DNA of 63,651 bases, the filler included, from Octopus bimaculoides (taxonomy: Eukaryota), in assembly GCF_001194135.2 (NCBI RefSeq). It is 5 parts of 5 records of this genome, joined end to end, with 100 filler letters (N's around TTAATTAATTAA, not from the genome) between each part and the next. Parts side by side here need not be neighbours in the genome. Positions count along the whole stretch, not along the records: positions 24,997 to 51,672 come from NC_068987.1; positions 51,773 to 55,480 come from NW_026379418.1; positions 55,581 to 61,314 come from NC_068984.1; positions 61,415 to 63,651 come from NC_068995.1; 1 more part is not named here. One strand, given 5' to 3'. Made by a program: the position numbers and the translations under genes. Positions 50,661-63,301 of the stretch are shown piece by piece. How positions within the stretch are numbered: the first letter of the stretch is position 1; each line of letters begins with the position of its first letter. The notes beneath the pieces are model-generated. The model was given only the letters and a program-made list of their open reading frames with translations. It was not told the DNA's origin and searched no databases.

Positions 50661-51454
50661 CTGCCAGCTCACCACCTTAACGGGGACAGAATATGGTAAG
50701 CAGGTGACTGAAAGCGTTGCTGGTTTAGAGTGCAAACAACTCGCGGCCAAAACAAATGATTTCTTTGGACAGGTAAACCTCATAAGCGACGAAAAAACTC
50801 AACTTAGAATTTCATCTGCACCAACATCATAAAGCCACTAGGGTCACCTCGTAAAGATGATATGTTTAGTTTAGTTTGGTTTGGCAAAGAATACAGAAAA
50901 CCATAGCATACTGCTAACGTCGTCCTTTTTTCACTTCCTCGCATATATGCACAACTAATGTTCTTAAGATAAAAAAAAAAAAAAACAGACTACTAATTCA
51001 TTTTATCGATCTCGAAAGGATAAAAAGAAAAGTCAATGTTAACGGGATTAGAACTCAGAACGTAAAGAACTGGAGAAAAATAATATGCGGAATTTTTCCC
51101 GACGTGTTAACGATCGTGCCAATGGGATTCCAGTGTTTAATACTTTCTTGGTGAATAATGGAGCGATAGTAAGTGTGGGTAATTGTTGGAGATCATGGTT
51201 GTGATGGTGGTGGGTGGAAATTGTTGTGGTGATGATGATGGAGTGGTATTAATAATGGTGGTGCTGATGGCGTTAATTGTTGTTGGGGGTGAATGGTGGT
51301 GGTGGTGGTGGTGGTGGTGGTTATGTTAATTATTGTAGAGATGACGATAGTGACGATGGAAGTGGTAATTGTTGTATTGTTCGTGGTGGTGGCAATGGCT
51401 ATGATGTTGTTTGTTGAGGTTATAGTACTGGTCGTAGAGTTATTGTGGTGGTAG

Positions 51455-51672
51455 TGGTGGTGATGTTGTTGACGGTTCGGTACTGTTCGCAATTGGAGGA
51501 GTAATTCTGGTGTGTTTTTTTTTTATTGCGGTACTTAATGTGGTGGTGGTGGTGGTGATGTTGTTGACGGTTCGGTACTGTTCGCAATTGGAGGGGTAAT
51601 TCTGGTGTGTGTGTTTTTTTTATTGCGGTACTTAATGTGGTGGTGGTGGTGGTGGTGGTCCTGATGTTGTTT
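51455..51672. repeat. ~95-bp minisatellite, two units plus the start of a third, running into a gap
   Basis: GATGTTGTTGACGGTTCGGTACTGTTCGCAATTGGAGG...TATTGCGGTACTTAATGTGGTGG occurs at 51462 and 51557. GATGTTGTT appears again at 51663. Confidence 0.9.
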
Positions 51673-51772
51673 NNNNNNNNNNNNNNNNNNNNNNNNNNNN
51701 NNNNNNNNNNNNNNNNTTAATTAATTAANNNNNNNNNNNNNNNNNNNNNNNNNNNNNNNNNNNNNNNNNNNN

Positions 51773-51810
<38 letters not shown>

Positions 51811-52773
51811 TATATATATATATACATATATATATGAATATATAAATAAATACATGTTTGAGTGTGTGTGTGTGTGCGTGTTTGTCTCTCTGTGTATGTG
51901 CTTGTGTGTATATATGTATCGAGATAGGAAGGGAGAGATATGTAGTTGTGTATTTTGTTGTGACTTTGTGTGCTTTTAAATAAAGTATATGAAAACGAAG
52001 CTCTAACAAACTCTTTCATGTATTCTCCTCTCTTAAATGAAGTTTTCTTCTTAATAAACTATGTTGTGAGTATATTACATATAAGGATTATCATATTGAT
52101 ATAAGACAAGAAGAGAGAAAGAGAGAGAGAGAACAAAAGTGAGTGAGATAAGTGAAAGGAAAGTGATGGATAAAGTGGGAAAAAGAGAGTGAGAGAGAGA
52201 AAAGAAAGGCGTAGGGATAGATTGGTGTTGGGTACAATTGATTCAATTGTACCCAGTAAACGTTATATTTGTTATCGACCCTGCTTGGAAATAAAGCAAT
52301 GCAGACGCCACTTGAGTTCGTAGTTCGATTGCAAATGAATAAAACGAAGCTTTGTTTGGCCTTCAGTCTGCTAACTCTATCAATTCTAGAGATAATAGAC
52401 GATGATCATTTTGTTAAATTGATTTACTCCTTATCAAACTGTTCTCCTGTTTACCTGCATTACTCTTGCCTTGCTGATGTTATATTATATTCAATAAACA
52501 TCAAAGTTGTAAAATGTCTTACATTTAGCCAAACCTGAACTATCAACAGTCAATGCATCTACAAGAAATGTATTATTAAACATTCGTTATTAGTGACAGA
52601 AGCAGTATCAGTTTTGTATGGTATCCTCTTTATCGTACTTATCTTAGATACGATATAGAAAGCCTTAAAACCGTAGGTATTCTTCTCGAGAAAGCATCTC
52701 GTATAGATATATATGTATATTGTTAAGAATTATATAAAAAAAATATCCGACGAAATGTGTGGAGTTCCCAAAT

Positions 52774-52934
52774 AGGCACAGGTGTGGTTATGTGTAAAGA
52801 GCTTGCTTCCCAACCATATGGTTCGGGGTTCAGCCCCACTGCGTAGTATCTTGGGCAAGTGTCTTCTACTACAGCCACAGATCAACTGAATACACATGAG
52901 TAGATTTGGTAGACGGAAACTGAATCAATTCCTC

Positions 52935-52937
<3 letters not shown>
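52774..52937 (+). mobile_element. SINE family C, 5' half
   Basis: AGGCACAGGTGTGGTTATGTG...GGGTTCAGCCCCACTGCG..CTTGGGCAAGTGTCTTCTACT...GATTTGGTAGACGGAAACTG, then (TG)n and a gap. Confidence 0.85.
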
Positions 52938-52985
<48 letters not shown>

Positions 52986-53494
52986 TTNNNNNNNNNNNNN
53001 NNNNNNNNNNNNNNNNNNNNNNNNNNNNNNNNNNNNNNNNNNNNNNNNNNNNNNNNNNNNNNNNNNNNNNNNNNNNNNNNNNNNNNNNNNNNNNNNNNNN
53101 NNNNNNNNNNNNNNNNNNNNNNNNNNNNNNNNNNNNNNNNNNNNNNNNNNNNNNNNNNNNNNNNNNNNNNNNNNNNNNNNNNNNNNNNNNNNNNNNNNNN
53201 NNNNNNNNNNNNNNNNNNNNNNNNNNNNNNNNNNNNNNNNNNNNNNNNNNNNNNNNNNNNNNNNNNNNNNNNNNNNNNNNNNNNNNNNNNNNNNNNNNNN
53301 NNNNNNNNNNNNNNNNNNNNNNNNNNNNNNNNNNNNNNNNNNNNNNNNNNNNNNNNNNNNNNNNNNNNNNNNNNNNNNNNNNNNNNNNNNNNNNNNNNNN
53401 NNNNNNNNNNNNNNNNNNNNNNNNNNNNNNNNNNNNNNNNNNNNNNNNNNNNNNNNNNNNNNNNNNNNNNNNNNNNNNNNNNNNNNNNNNNNNN

Positions 53495-53530
<36 letters not shown>

Positions 53531-53689
53531 AGTGCATGTGTAGATGGAGGGATGTAATAATGTATGCATGTATGTACACGTATTTGTATGTGCCTCAGTT
53601 TAGGTATTTCCAATTCAATGATGTAACTTCTAAGATGTGTAGCCTTAACCGATAAAAATTTAAATGTGTCCACTACAAATTTGACCCAG

Positions 53690-54090
53690 ACTACGTCTAA
53701 CTTCATAGTATCACCTGATAGATTCTGTCAAGTCATTTTAAAGTTGAGTTTTGTGGTATCAGGGCCTATTCATGGCCCATTCAAATAGTGAGCTGTTGAG
53801 TAACATCTATCCAGGTACTGGAGATTTGTCTGATATCTCCAGAAGAAATTGTTTCAGATATCGTTTAAAAGTTATCGAATTTCTTTCTTCTAGTGATAGA
53901 TGGAGTAAAGCTTGTTGGGGAAAAGTAATTGGGTTGCAGTATATTTATGCATTGTGTGCCAGAAGTACGAAGGGAACTTTGGGCGAATTTTGAATTTAAT
54001 GTTAAGTTCATTTGGACAATGCTAGTGTCATATTCTCCACATTGTGCAAATAATGTAGCGATTACGCGGCATTGGAGATAATATAGTTCC
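53690..54090 (-). mobile_element. Decayed CR1-like LINE 3' end
   Basis: The minus strand reads FKRYLKQFLLEISDKSPVPG*MLLNSSLFEW, resembling the FKxxLDxFLxxIPDxPxxPGY...NSLxxW C-terminus (recalled pattern). Confidence 0.55.
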
Positions 54091-54276
54091 AATGTTTCAT
54101 GACGGAGACGATGACCAATTAAAATCTCTCAAAGCCCCATGGCGCGTAATTCAGCAAGAAAAAGAATAGACAAAAAAATAGAATTGGTGTTATATTACAG
54201 CAAAATGCATTATTCTGAAGCAGAACTTAACAACAGAACATGCTTTGCTATGAGTCTCACATCTCGTATTTGTCAC

Positions 54277-54336
54277 TTGTATCATCTGATGACCTTACAA
54301 ATTCGAAAGAAAACGCAGCTGTTTTTCGTGATACAA
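54277..54336 (+). ncRNA. Type I hammerhead-ribozyme-like motif with canonical core and no stem II
   Basis: UUGUAUCAU CUGAUGA CCUUACAAAUUC GAA AGAAA ACGCAGCUG UUUUU C GUGAUACAA. Stem I is 8 WC + 1 GU, stem III is 5 bp, loop III contains the palindrome CAGCUG, and the site is UUC. Positions 10.1/11.1 are C/C. Confidence 0.6.
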
Positions 54337-55889
54337 ATGGCTACCTAGATATCTTAATGATGTAAAGTAACGCTTTTCACTACATCACATCAACTTGACA
54401 GAAACTTTTTGTCCCCACACAATCCGTATTTAAAGATATTTAAACAAAATTACAATTTACAAAGACAAAAGCATTGTTTATAGGTTGTTTAGTTTATGGT
54501 TCATATTTTCTGTTCTTCGTTTCAATTTTCTTCGTAAATAATTGGATTTCTGTGCGGCCACTTAACTGAGGTTATTCAACACAGTACTAACATTAGCTGC
54601 TGGAGCTTAATTGACTATCCATCACCATCACCATCATCATCATCAGCAGCAGCAGCAGCATCACCATCTCCCACCACAATCACCACCAACATCACCATCG
54701 TCATCATCTTTAGTATTTCCTCTTTCTCCTCCTTATCCGCCACCTGCTTCACATTTTGCTTTCTTTTTCTTCGTTGATTGGCAAAACGGTTTGGAAAAAC
54801 TGTCCTCTTGTCGTTTTTGTTTTGACTTTTTAGAATTTGAATTCAAACCCACACTAGAGTCAACTGTACTTCTTAAACTATGGTTAAATGAAAAACAGTT
54901 ATAGGTAATCTCCATTAGCAGTTTCAAACGAGAATGTTCGTTCTACCTCACACATTTCTATTTTATTCTGATTCTTCCCTTATTCTTAACAAACTGGAAT
55001 ACATTAATATCCTCGATTGCAGATTTCCCCTCGCTTTTACATCTCTCTGGGCAAAACACATACGTTCTTATATAATATACAATATCTTTATTTATCTAGT
55101 TTTAAATAGAACCCTTTATCTTTATGTTTTCAGAGTATTGGCGCAGCCTGAACGACAATATTGTTAAAACTCCAAAATATTGAACAGATCTTGAACGTCA
55201 ACAGAATTACACAAATTATTGGAACTCACATATTTATTTAGACATAAATACATGTGTATATCTGTTAAAATATACCTATATGTATATGCACAGAGATATG
55301 TTTTACGACATTGATGTTTATAATTACGGATGGATACGCATGAGTATATGGACGAATAAAACCTTTTCCTGGTAAGTAAAGCCTACTTCATTCATTTATT
55401 TAAGAATTGTGTATAAAGATTCAACACATACCTATCTATCAATCAATCTTTCTCTCTATCTCTCTCTCTCTCTCTCTCTCNNNNNNNNNNNNNNNNNNNN
55501 NNNNNNNNNNNNNNNNNNNNNNNNTTAATTAATTAANNNNNNNNNNNNNNNNNNNNNNNNNNNNNNNNNNNNNNNNNNNNAATTGACTTCATAGCAGTCC
55601 TTATGTCATCCTTAAATGTCTTCCAGGTGACTAACGACATACATTCTGCGTTCGATTAGTATTTGCGATGGGAGGTCATTGCTCCCATCCCTAGCCTTAC
55701 GTGATACATACGGACTCGAGTTTCTGGGTGGTTAGCCGTCTTAGCGTGTGTTAATCATCAGCTAGTGATAAATTCTTTTTTATGATCATAAGATCTAACA
55801 TAGAGGGGACAGCACAGGACGTTACAAACATATAATGTTCATGAGTTCCTATAGTTTATGCAGTTAAAACATTGAATGATATATATTTG

Positions 55890-57333
55890 TGAGGGTATCA
55901 ATTACAATGAATTATTTCACATTTTGGTCGGGAAGTCCACCGGCTACACCGTACGAATTTACTTTGGATTTAAGTAGGGTCATTCATACCCAACTTCCTC
56001 GCCACATCCTTCCATGTTTTCCCGTATATGTTTCGCGGCAGGCATCCCTTCTCCAGCCCTATCTTGTTCTTCAGATGATATCTGAAGTAGTACAGCAAAC
56101 CAGAGCCGGAGATAAAGGTTCCCGTCGTGACTCCTTTCATCCTCGTTTTTATATAACACATATATCAATTTCTAGTGGTCTAAGGTCGTATAGGAGACAA
56201 GTTGCTTCCATTTCGACCCTAGGCCACCCACATTTATTCACCCTAACTTAAATTCCGTAGAAATTCGTACTTACATTTTGATTTTGGGGAGGGGCTTCAC
56301 GAATTCATCTTCCGTCCACATCCTCCAGCTTCCCTCCCCATTATCTCTGTGCTTATGTCCTTTATATCTTCTTTATATCTTTGTGTCAGTTCATTGAACA
56401 AACTCGCCTCCATCCTGGCCATCCGAATGTGATGTGGCGGATCTTGGCTCGCTTTGTACACGTGTGCTTATGGTGTGCACGTATAATTCTTAACAAAGCT
56501 TCGTTGCTGTCTTTAAATGATACAACTTTGTATTGTACTTTGGGGTGGGGTTTGGAGATGGGTTTTAACAGTGGATGGTATGGGAAGTTTTCCTTGTATA
56601 TCTGCGGTTGCTTTAGGTATTTTTGTATGGGGAGGGGAGTCTGGGACTGAGGCCATTTTTTTCTTCCGTCGCTTCTTCTGTTGTTTGGTGTTTCTTGCCT
56701 TGTTGGTTCGCTTTCCTTGGGCACTTCTGTTTGTTTGTTTTTTTTCTGTGATTTTAGATTTTTGTTGAAGAGCGGCATCGCTCTTTGTCTCTTTACATTT
56801 CGCTGTTCGTTCAGCCCCTCCCCTGTGAACACCCTATCGGGAAGTCCTTCAAGGTTTCCGGAGCTGGTTTGAACCACCATTTCAAATGACTGGCCTTTCC
56901 AATTTTCTGCCTCGTTTTTCTGCATTTATAGTACTGACATTTTTTCTTCCATGTCGTATGTTACAGCTGCTGCAAACCACAACACGTCCAAACCTCCTCC
57001 ACTTTAATTTTCGCCGTTCTCATGCTTAGATAAGTTGCCAGGAGAATCATTTCGTCGTTTCTCAGTGTTAACGTCGACAGTTCTTTTGCTGTACTCTTGT
57101 CAGTGAATTGTATCTCCACTGTAGCGCTTCTTATACCGCATCCGACGTTTTTTTAAATTTTATTCCAGATATTTTTGACAGACATTGTTCGTATAGTCTT
57201 TCCTTAAGACTATACGTCTTATAGACCACAGCCTTGGCGGCTATATTCTGTAGTATATCTTGGGGAGGAAGCAGCTTCGTATCATTCCCTGTTTTCTTAA
57301 TCATATTCCGATATTTAAATAATTCTGCTATAG
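55890..57333 (-). mobile_element. Internally deleted L1/Tx1-like LINE (decayed ORF1 region + ORF2 start fused to ORF2 end)
   Basis: At 56250-56150 the minus strand reads KLG*INVGGLGSKWKQ / LLYDLRPLEIDICVI, an AP-endonuclease start. This runs directly into TRMKGVTTGTFISGSGLLYYFRYHLKNKIGLEKGCLPRNIYGKTWKDVARKLGMNDPT*, resembling Tx1 ORF2 C-termini. Upstream are long broken reading frames, ORF1-like by position. Confidence 0.65.
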
Positions 57334-58271
57334 ANNNNNNNNNNNNNNNNNNNNNNNNNNNNNNNNNNNNNNNNNNNNNNNNNNNNNNNNNNNNNNNNNN
57401 NNNNNNNNNNNNNNNNNNNNNNNNNNNNNNNNNNNNNNNNNNNNNNNNNNNNNNNNNNNNNNNNNNNNNNNNNNNNNNNNNNNNNNNNNNNNNNNNNNNN
57501 NNNNNNNNNNNNNNNNNNNNNNNNNNNNNNNNNNNNNNNNNNNNNNNNNNNNNNNNNNNNNNNNNNNNNNNNNNNNNNNNNNNNNNNNNNNNNNNNNNNN
57601 NNNNNNNNNNNNNNNNNNNNNNNNNNNNNNNNNNNNNNNNNNNNNNNNNNNNNNNNNNNNNNNNNNNNNNNNNNNNNNNNNNNNNNNNNNNNNNNNNNNN
57701 NNNNNNNNNNNNNNNNNNNNNNNNNNNNNNNNNNNNNNNNNNNNNNNNNNNNNNNNNNNNNNNNNNNNNNNNNNNNNNNNNNNNNNNNNNNNNNNNNNNN
57801 NNNNNNNNNNNNNNNNNNNNNNNNNNNNNNNNNNNNNNNNNNNNNNNNNNNNNNNNNNNNNNNNNNNNNNNNNNNNNNNNNNNNNNNNNNNNNNNNNNNN
57901 NNNNNNNNNNNNNNNNNNNNNNNNNNNNNNNNNNNNNNNNNNNNNNNNNNNNNNNNNNNNNNNNNNNNNNNNNNNNNNNNNNNNNNNNNNNNNNNNNNNN
58001 NNNNNNNNNNNNNNNNNNNNNNNNNNNNNNNNNNNNNNNNNNNNNNNNNNNNNNNNNNNNNNNNNNNNNNNNNNNNNNNNNNNNNNNNNNNNNNNNNNNN
58101 NNNNNNNNNNNNNNNNNNNNNNNNNNNNNNNNNNNNNNNNNNNNNNNNNNNNNNNNNNNNNNNNNNNNNNNNNNNNNNNNNNNNNNNNNNNNNNNNNNNN
58201 NNNNNNNNNNNNNNNNNNNNNNNNNNNNNNNNNNNNNNNNNNNNNNNNNNNNNNNNNNNNNNNNNNNNNNN

Positions 58272-58305
<34 letters not shown>

Positions 58306-58664
58306 TATTGACATTTAACATATGTATGCACATATACATACATACATTTATATGTGAATATATATATGTATACACACACACACACACACATATATATATA
58401 ACGTATGAGAGAAAGAGAGAGAAAATCGAATTCACGATATTCTTTATTAACGGTTCGAAACAATAGTGGTGATTAATGACTTTTCTCGTGAATTCCATTT
58501 TCTTTCTCTTCCTTTCATATGTTATAAGCTTTAGAGCCTGAAAGAATTCTCGAAGTGAATGCAGTGGTATTTAAATCCACACAGTTGATGACATCATGAA
58601 GACAATTACAGTGAACGAACTTTAAACGGCAAATTACAAGGTGTATACCCACATTTGAAATCAT

Positions 58665-59240
<576 letters not shown>

Positions 59241-59452
59241 GCGTAAAAATATAAACTTCAGTTCAGTTCAAATACGTTTGTGACGTATTAGGCCTGTAGA
59301 AAGGCAACTTCGCTCCAGTCTGATATTGGGGAAAATTCTTGCTTGAGGCGAAAGGTATTCAAGAACTCCAAAGTCGGTTCAGAGCGCCCGCCTTTGAACT
59401 CCATGTTCTTTTGCTCTCTACATTACCAGCTACATACAGGCCTTCACACATA

Positions 59453-59487
<35 letters not shown>

Positions 59488-59511
59488 ACACACGCACACA
59501 CACACATAACA

Positions 59512-59793
59512 ATTACGAAACATTATTCTACGTTTAGACATATCAATAAACGCAACAATACTGGGCTTAGTAAATTAAGTTGGTCTCTAAAAGAACATAA
59601 TAAACAATTTGATTTGGAATGGAACATTCTATATAGGTCATTTCCTTATGATAAAGGTAAATCTTTTTGTTCGCTCTGTAACGATGAACTGTATTTCATC
59701 CTGTTCTCAGAGAATCCTCTTGTAAACACGTTTAAAGAACGGGTTTATCGTTGCAAACATTGGCAAAAACATATCTTTAGTTCCTATAAGTAA
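59512..59793 (+). mobile_element. Penelope-like GIY-YIG endonuclease C-terminal fragment (open frame, not in the ORF track)
   Basis: Translates as KHYSTFRHINKRNNTGLSKLSWSLKEHNKQFDLEWNILYRSFPYDKGKSFCSLCNDELYFILFSENPLVNTFKERVYRCKHWQKHIFSSYK*, matching HxxSF...TxLSKxxWxLK...WxIL...PY...CxLC..E...CxH. Confidence 0.85.
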
Positions 59794-60652
59794 CTTCTAC
59801 CAGTCTATAAAATTCAACCTTTAACTAACTATCTTCTTACATTTCACTTCTACTAAATATATCTATTTCCACGCCTTTAATATTTATTCTTATTCACCTA
59901 TCGCATTATATTTCTCCACTTTTAGTTTTCTGCTAATTTCTTTTTCCCTCCTACTTCTCTTTCTATAAAATACCTTTGATGTTATATCTGTTAACGGTTT
60001 TTTTTAATAACTTCCTCATATATGCAGTAATCACATTCAGTTGGAATGTCTTATTCATGCGTTTTGTTTTCTGATAAGAAGATTGCATTGTTTTACATCA
60101 TTGTATTCCTTCTGGAATAGTACCAATGTTTCCTTCGAAACGTATGTCGGAAGTATACAGATTTGAATAACACCTGCGTCTAACTCCATTTATTTACTTA
60201 TCTATGCGATACAAAAACATTTCACCAAAATCTGCAATTTCTACCTTTGTAAGTAGGCTGTTACATCTTTGGTACTTATGTGAATTTTTGCTACCCTGGT
60301 AACTATTTATTTATTCTTTCCGTGTTAATTGTAAACATTGAAAAAAATGCACATACATTTAAATATATATATATATATATANNNNNNNNNNNNNNNNNNN
60401 NNNNNNNNNNNNNNNNNNNNNNNNNNNNNNNNNNNNNNNNNNNNNNNNNNNNNNNNNNNNNNNNNNNNNNNNNNNNNNNNNNNNNNNNNNNNNNNNNNNN
60501 NNNNNNNNNNNNNNNNNNGTGTGTGTGTGTGTGTGTGTCTTTGTTTGTTATTTAGGCAGTGTGTTATATATCCCAGTGCTCCAATAATCTCAGGTATAAA
60601 CCTGAACTTGTAATCTGGATAGAGTAGCTTTAGACTCCGTAATAATTCTATG

Positions 60653-60688
<36 letters not shown>

Positions 60689-61414
60689 TGTACCTACGTA
60701 TGTACGTATGTGTGTATATATATGTGTGTGTATGCATGAATGTATGTAAGTATCTATATATACAGATATCTCAAAAGTAAATTACCACCATCAGTTTTGA
60801 AAAACATGCTCCTACAAATAAACTGTACGAGTGCATGTAAGCGTGCGCGTGTGTGCATGCGTGTGTGTGTTCGTGTGTGTGCGTGCTTGCGTGTATGTGT
60901 ATGTGTGTGTACGCGTGTGTGTGTGTGCGTGTGCTTGTCCTCCACAACCACTTAATAAATTTGACTTAGTATTAAGTATACATGCCTTATGCAGAGATTT
61001 CATGATGTATCTCGTTGGACATTATACTAATGAATAGTGTCAGATAGAAATGAATCATATAAAGAGTACTGCCTATTTATTCTTTTAAATATATTTGTGT
61101 ATATCATGTCGTATCTTGATACTATGAAGGCTGATTTGATTGGCTGCTCGTATCAGGAATCCTAGTTTGTTAAGTTAAGTATCTAATATGGATGGTCGAA
61201 GACACCTTGGGTTAGTGGTTAGTACGACTATCCGGCTTACAGGGAACACGTGGCTCGGTTCTAGTAGATGATATTACACCTCCTCAGTCTTCATACAGAC
61301 ACAAACACACACACNNNNNNNNNNNNNNNNNNNNNNNNNNNNNNNNNNNNNNNNNNNNTTAATTAATTAANNNNNNNNNNNNNNNNNNNNNNNNNNNNNN
61401 NNNNNNNNNNNNNN

Positions 61415-61660
61415 TATAAAAAGGTAGTTATTGTAACTGAGACAGAAGGCAGTAGGGGTTGAGTAAATGTTTATGATAACGGCTGGGAATGGTGAAGGTG
61501 GTGGTGGTGGGCGGGGAGATATGTAAACGGGGTGGGAAAAGGGTATGAGGTATAGCAGTAAAGTGATTAGCGCTGGAGAGGTGTAACAGATTGGAGAATA
61601 AGGCGTGGAAGATCGCCTTACCTTGAAGGTTGCTATGGCCACGGAGGTAAAGTTGGGTGG
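61415..61660 (-). mobile_element. Possible very decayed Penelope-like 3' end
   Basis: Weak resemblance of the minus strand (..SVAI.., RLILQSVTPLQR*) to the DLSVxG...RLIFxLxTLxPxGLN ending. It is frameshifted. Confidence 0.3.
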
Positions 61661-62589
61661 GTGTAGACACCCTTTATACAGTAATTTCGAAATATCTATG
61701 ATATACCCTGCTCGAGCGGGTGACAGAACTCATAAGACAGATTTCAGAAAATGGAATCATTTTAAAAGAATCATGCGTGCGCGTAGCATTTTTATATATA
61801 TATATATATATATATACGCACGCACACACATATATATATACATGTATGTATATACACACATAACATATATATATATATATGTATGCATGTATGTATGTAT
61901 TTATGTATGTATGTATGTGCAGATTTGTATGTTTTATGTATGTCTTCTCATGCATATAGTTGCATATCTAGACATGCTCATATATATTTATTTAAATGAT
62001 AAACTTCTGGAAAGTTTTATAGATTTTTACAGTTCCAGTGATGGATTGGATCTGTAGTCTTCGAATTAGCTTTCTCCTTTTTGGTTTTGAGAAGCCTAAT
62101 TCCTCAAGAATGGTATTTAGGTAGTGTGTTACATATCCCAGGGCCCCAGTGTATTATTTATGTATGTATGTATGTTTATATCTATGTATCTATCTATCTA
62201 AGTGTATACACACACACATATATTATCGTCGTCGTCGTCATCATTATCATCATCACCATCATTATTATTACTATCCCTTTTGGGCCGATAAAGTAAATCG
62301 GTTCCCCACTTCCCTCAAAATTGCTATCCTACCAAAATTATTGTTATTATTATTATCATTGTTGTTGTTGTTGTTGTTGTTTGCTTTCACAAATTTCTGA
62401 ATATCAATTAGTTTCAATTATTACGAGGATATCTTAAAGCTGTACCAAAATTTAATTGCTGTTTAATTAAAAAGGAAATTCCTTTTCAGATAATCAACAA
62501 AGTGCTGAACATTATTAAATTAACAAATTCTTCAGAGATAAGCCAATATGCCGCTTGTCTTTGATATAACAACACCTACGACAGAGCAA

Positions 62590-62622
<33 letters not shown>

Positions 62623-62677
62623 CATAAGTATGTGTGTGTGTATGTATATATATGTATGTATGTATGTATATATATAT

Positions 62678-62720
<43 letters not shown>

Positions 62721-62766
62721 AAGAGAGATGTGTATGTATATATATTTATATGTAAATATATATATT

Positions 62767-62814
<48 letters not shown>

Positions 62815-62875
62815 CGCGTATGTATGTATTAATGTGTGTATTAAGGATACCATTTGTTTCATGTTAAGAAAATAT

Positions 62876-63076
62876 CTTAATATCTTAATAATTTTTCAAG
62901 CGAATCACATGGAGGAATGGTGTTCGTCTTCATTTTGGATGAAGACACAAAAGTCCTCGAGAATTCACGATAAAGTTTTGTATTGTGAATTCCCGAGAAC
63001 ATTGGTGGTTTCATCAATACTATAGACGAATACCATTCCTCCATGTGATCGGCTAGAAAATTGTTATGATATTAAG
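62876..63076. mobile_element. MITE-like element with ~53-bp TIRs and internal hairpins
   Basis: CTTAATATCTTAATAATTTTTCAAGCGAATCACATGGAGGAATGGTGTTCGTCT (62876-62929) is the inverse of AGACGAATACCATTCCTCCATGTGATCGGCTAGAAAATTGTTATGATATTAAG (63024-63076). An inner GAATTCACGATA/TATTGTGAATTC hairpin lies at 62961-62992. Confidence 0.85.
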
Positions 63077-63171
63077 TTATTTTCTTGACATGAAACTAAT
63101 AGTTGCCTAAATACACAAATGAAGAAGTTTTATCCACGAGTGCGGTGTTGAGCACTCATTCGACATTTACG

Positions 63172-63205
<34 letters not shown>

Positions 63206-63301
63206 TATATATACATATACACACATATATGTACACACAAAATTATCTCCATACATTTATAGACAAACATACGTACATACATATATATATATATATATAA
63301 G

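Noticed and set aside
56025-56075. Minus-strand CUGAAGA...CGAAA hammerhead-like spacing
   Set aside because: No stem I or III and no NUH site could be formed, and it lies in Tx1 coding relic.
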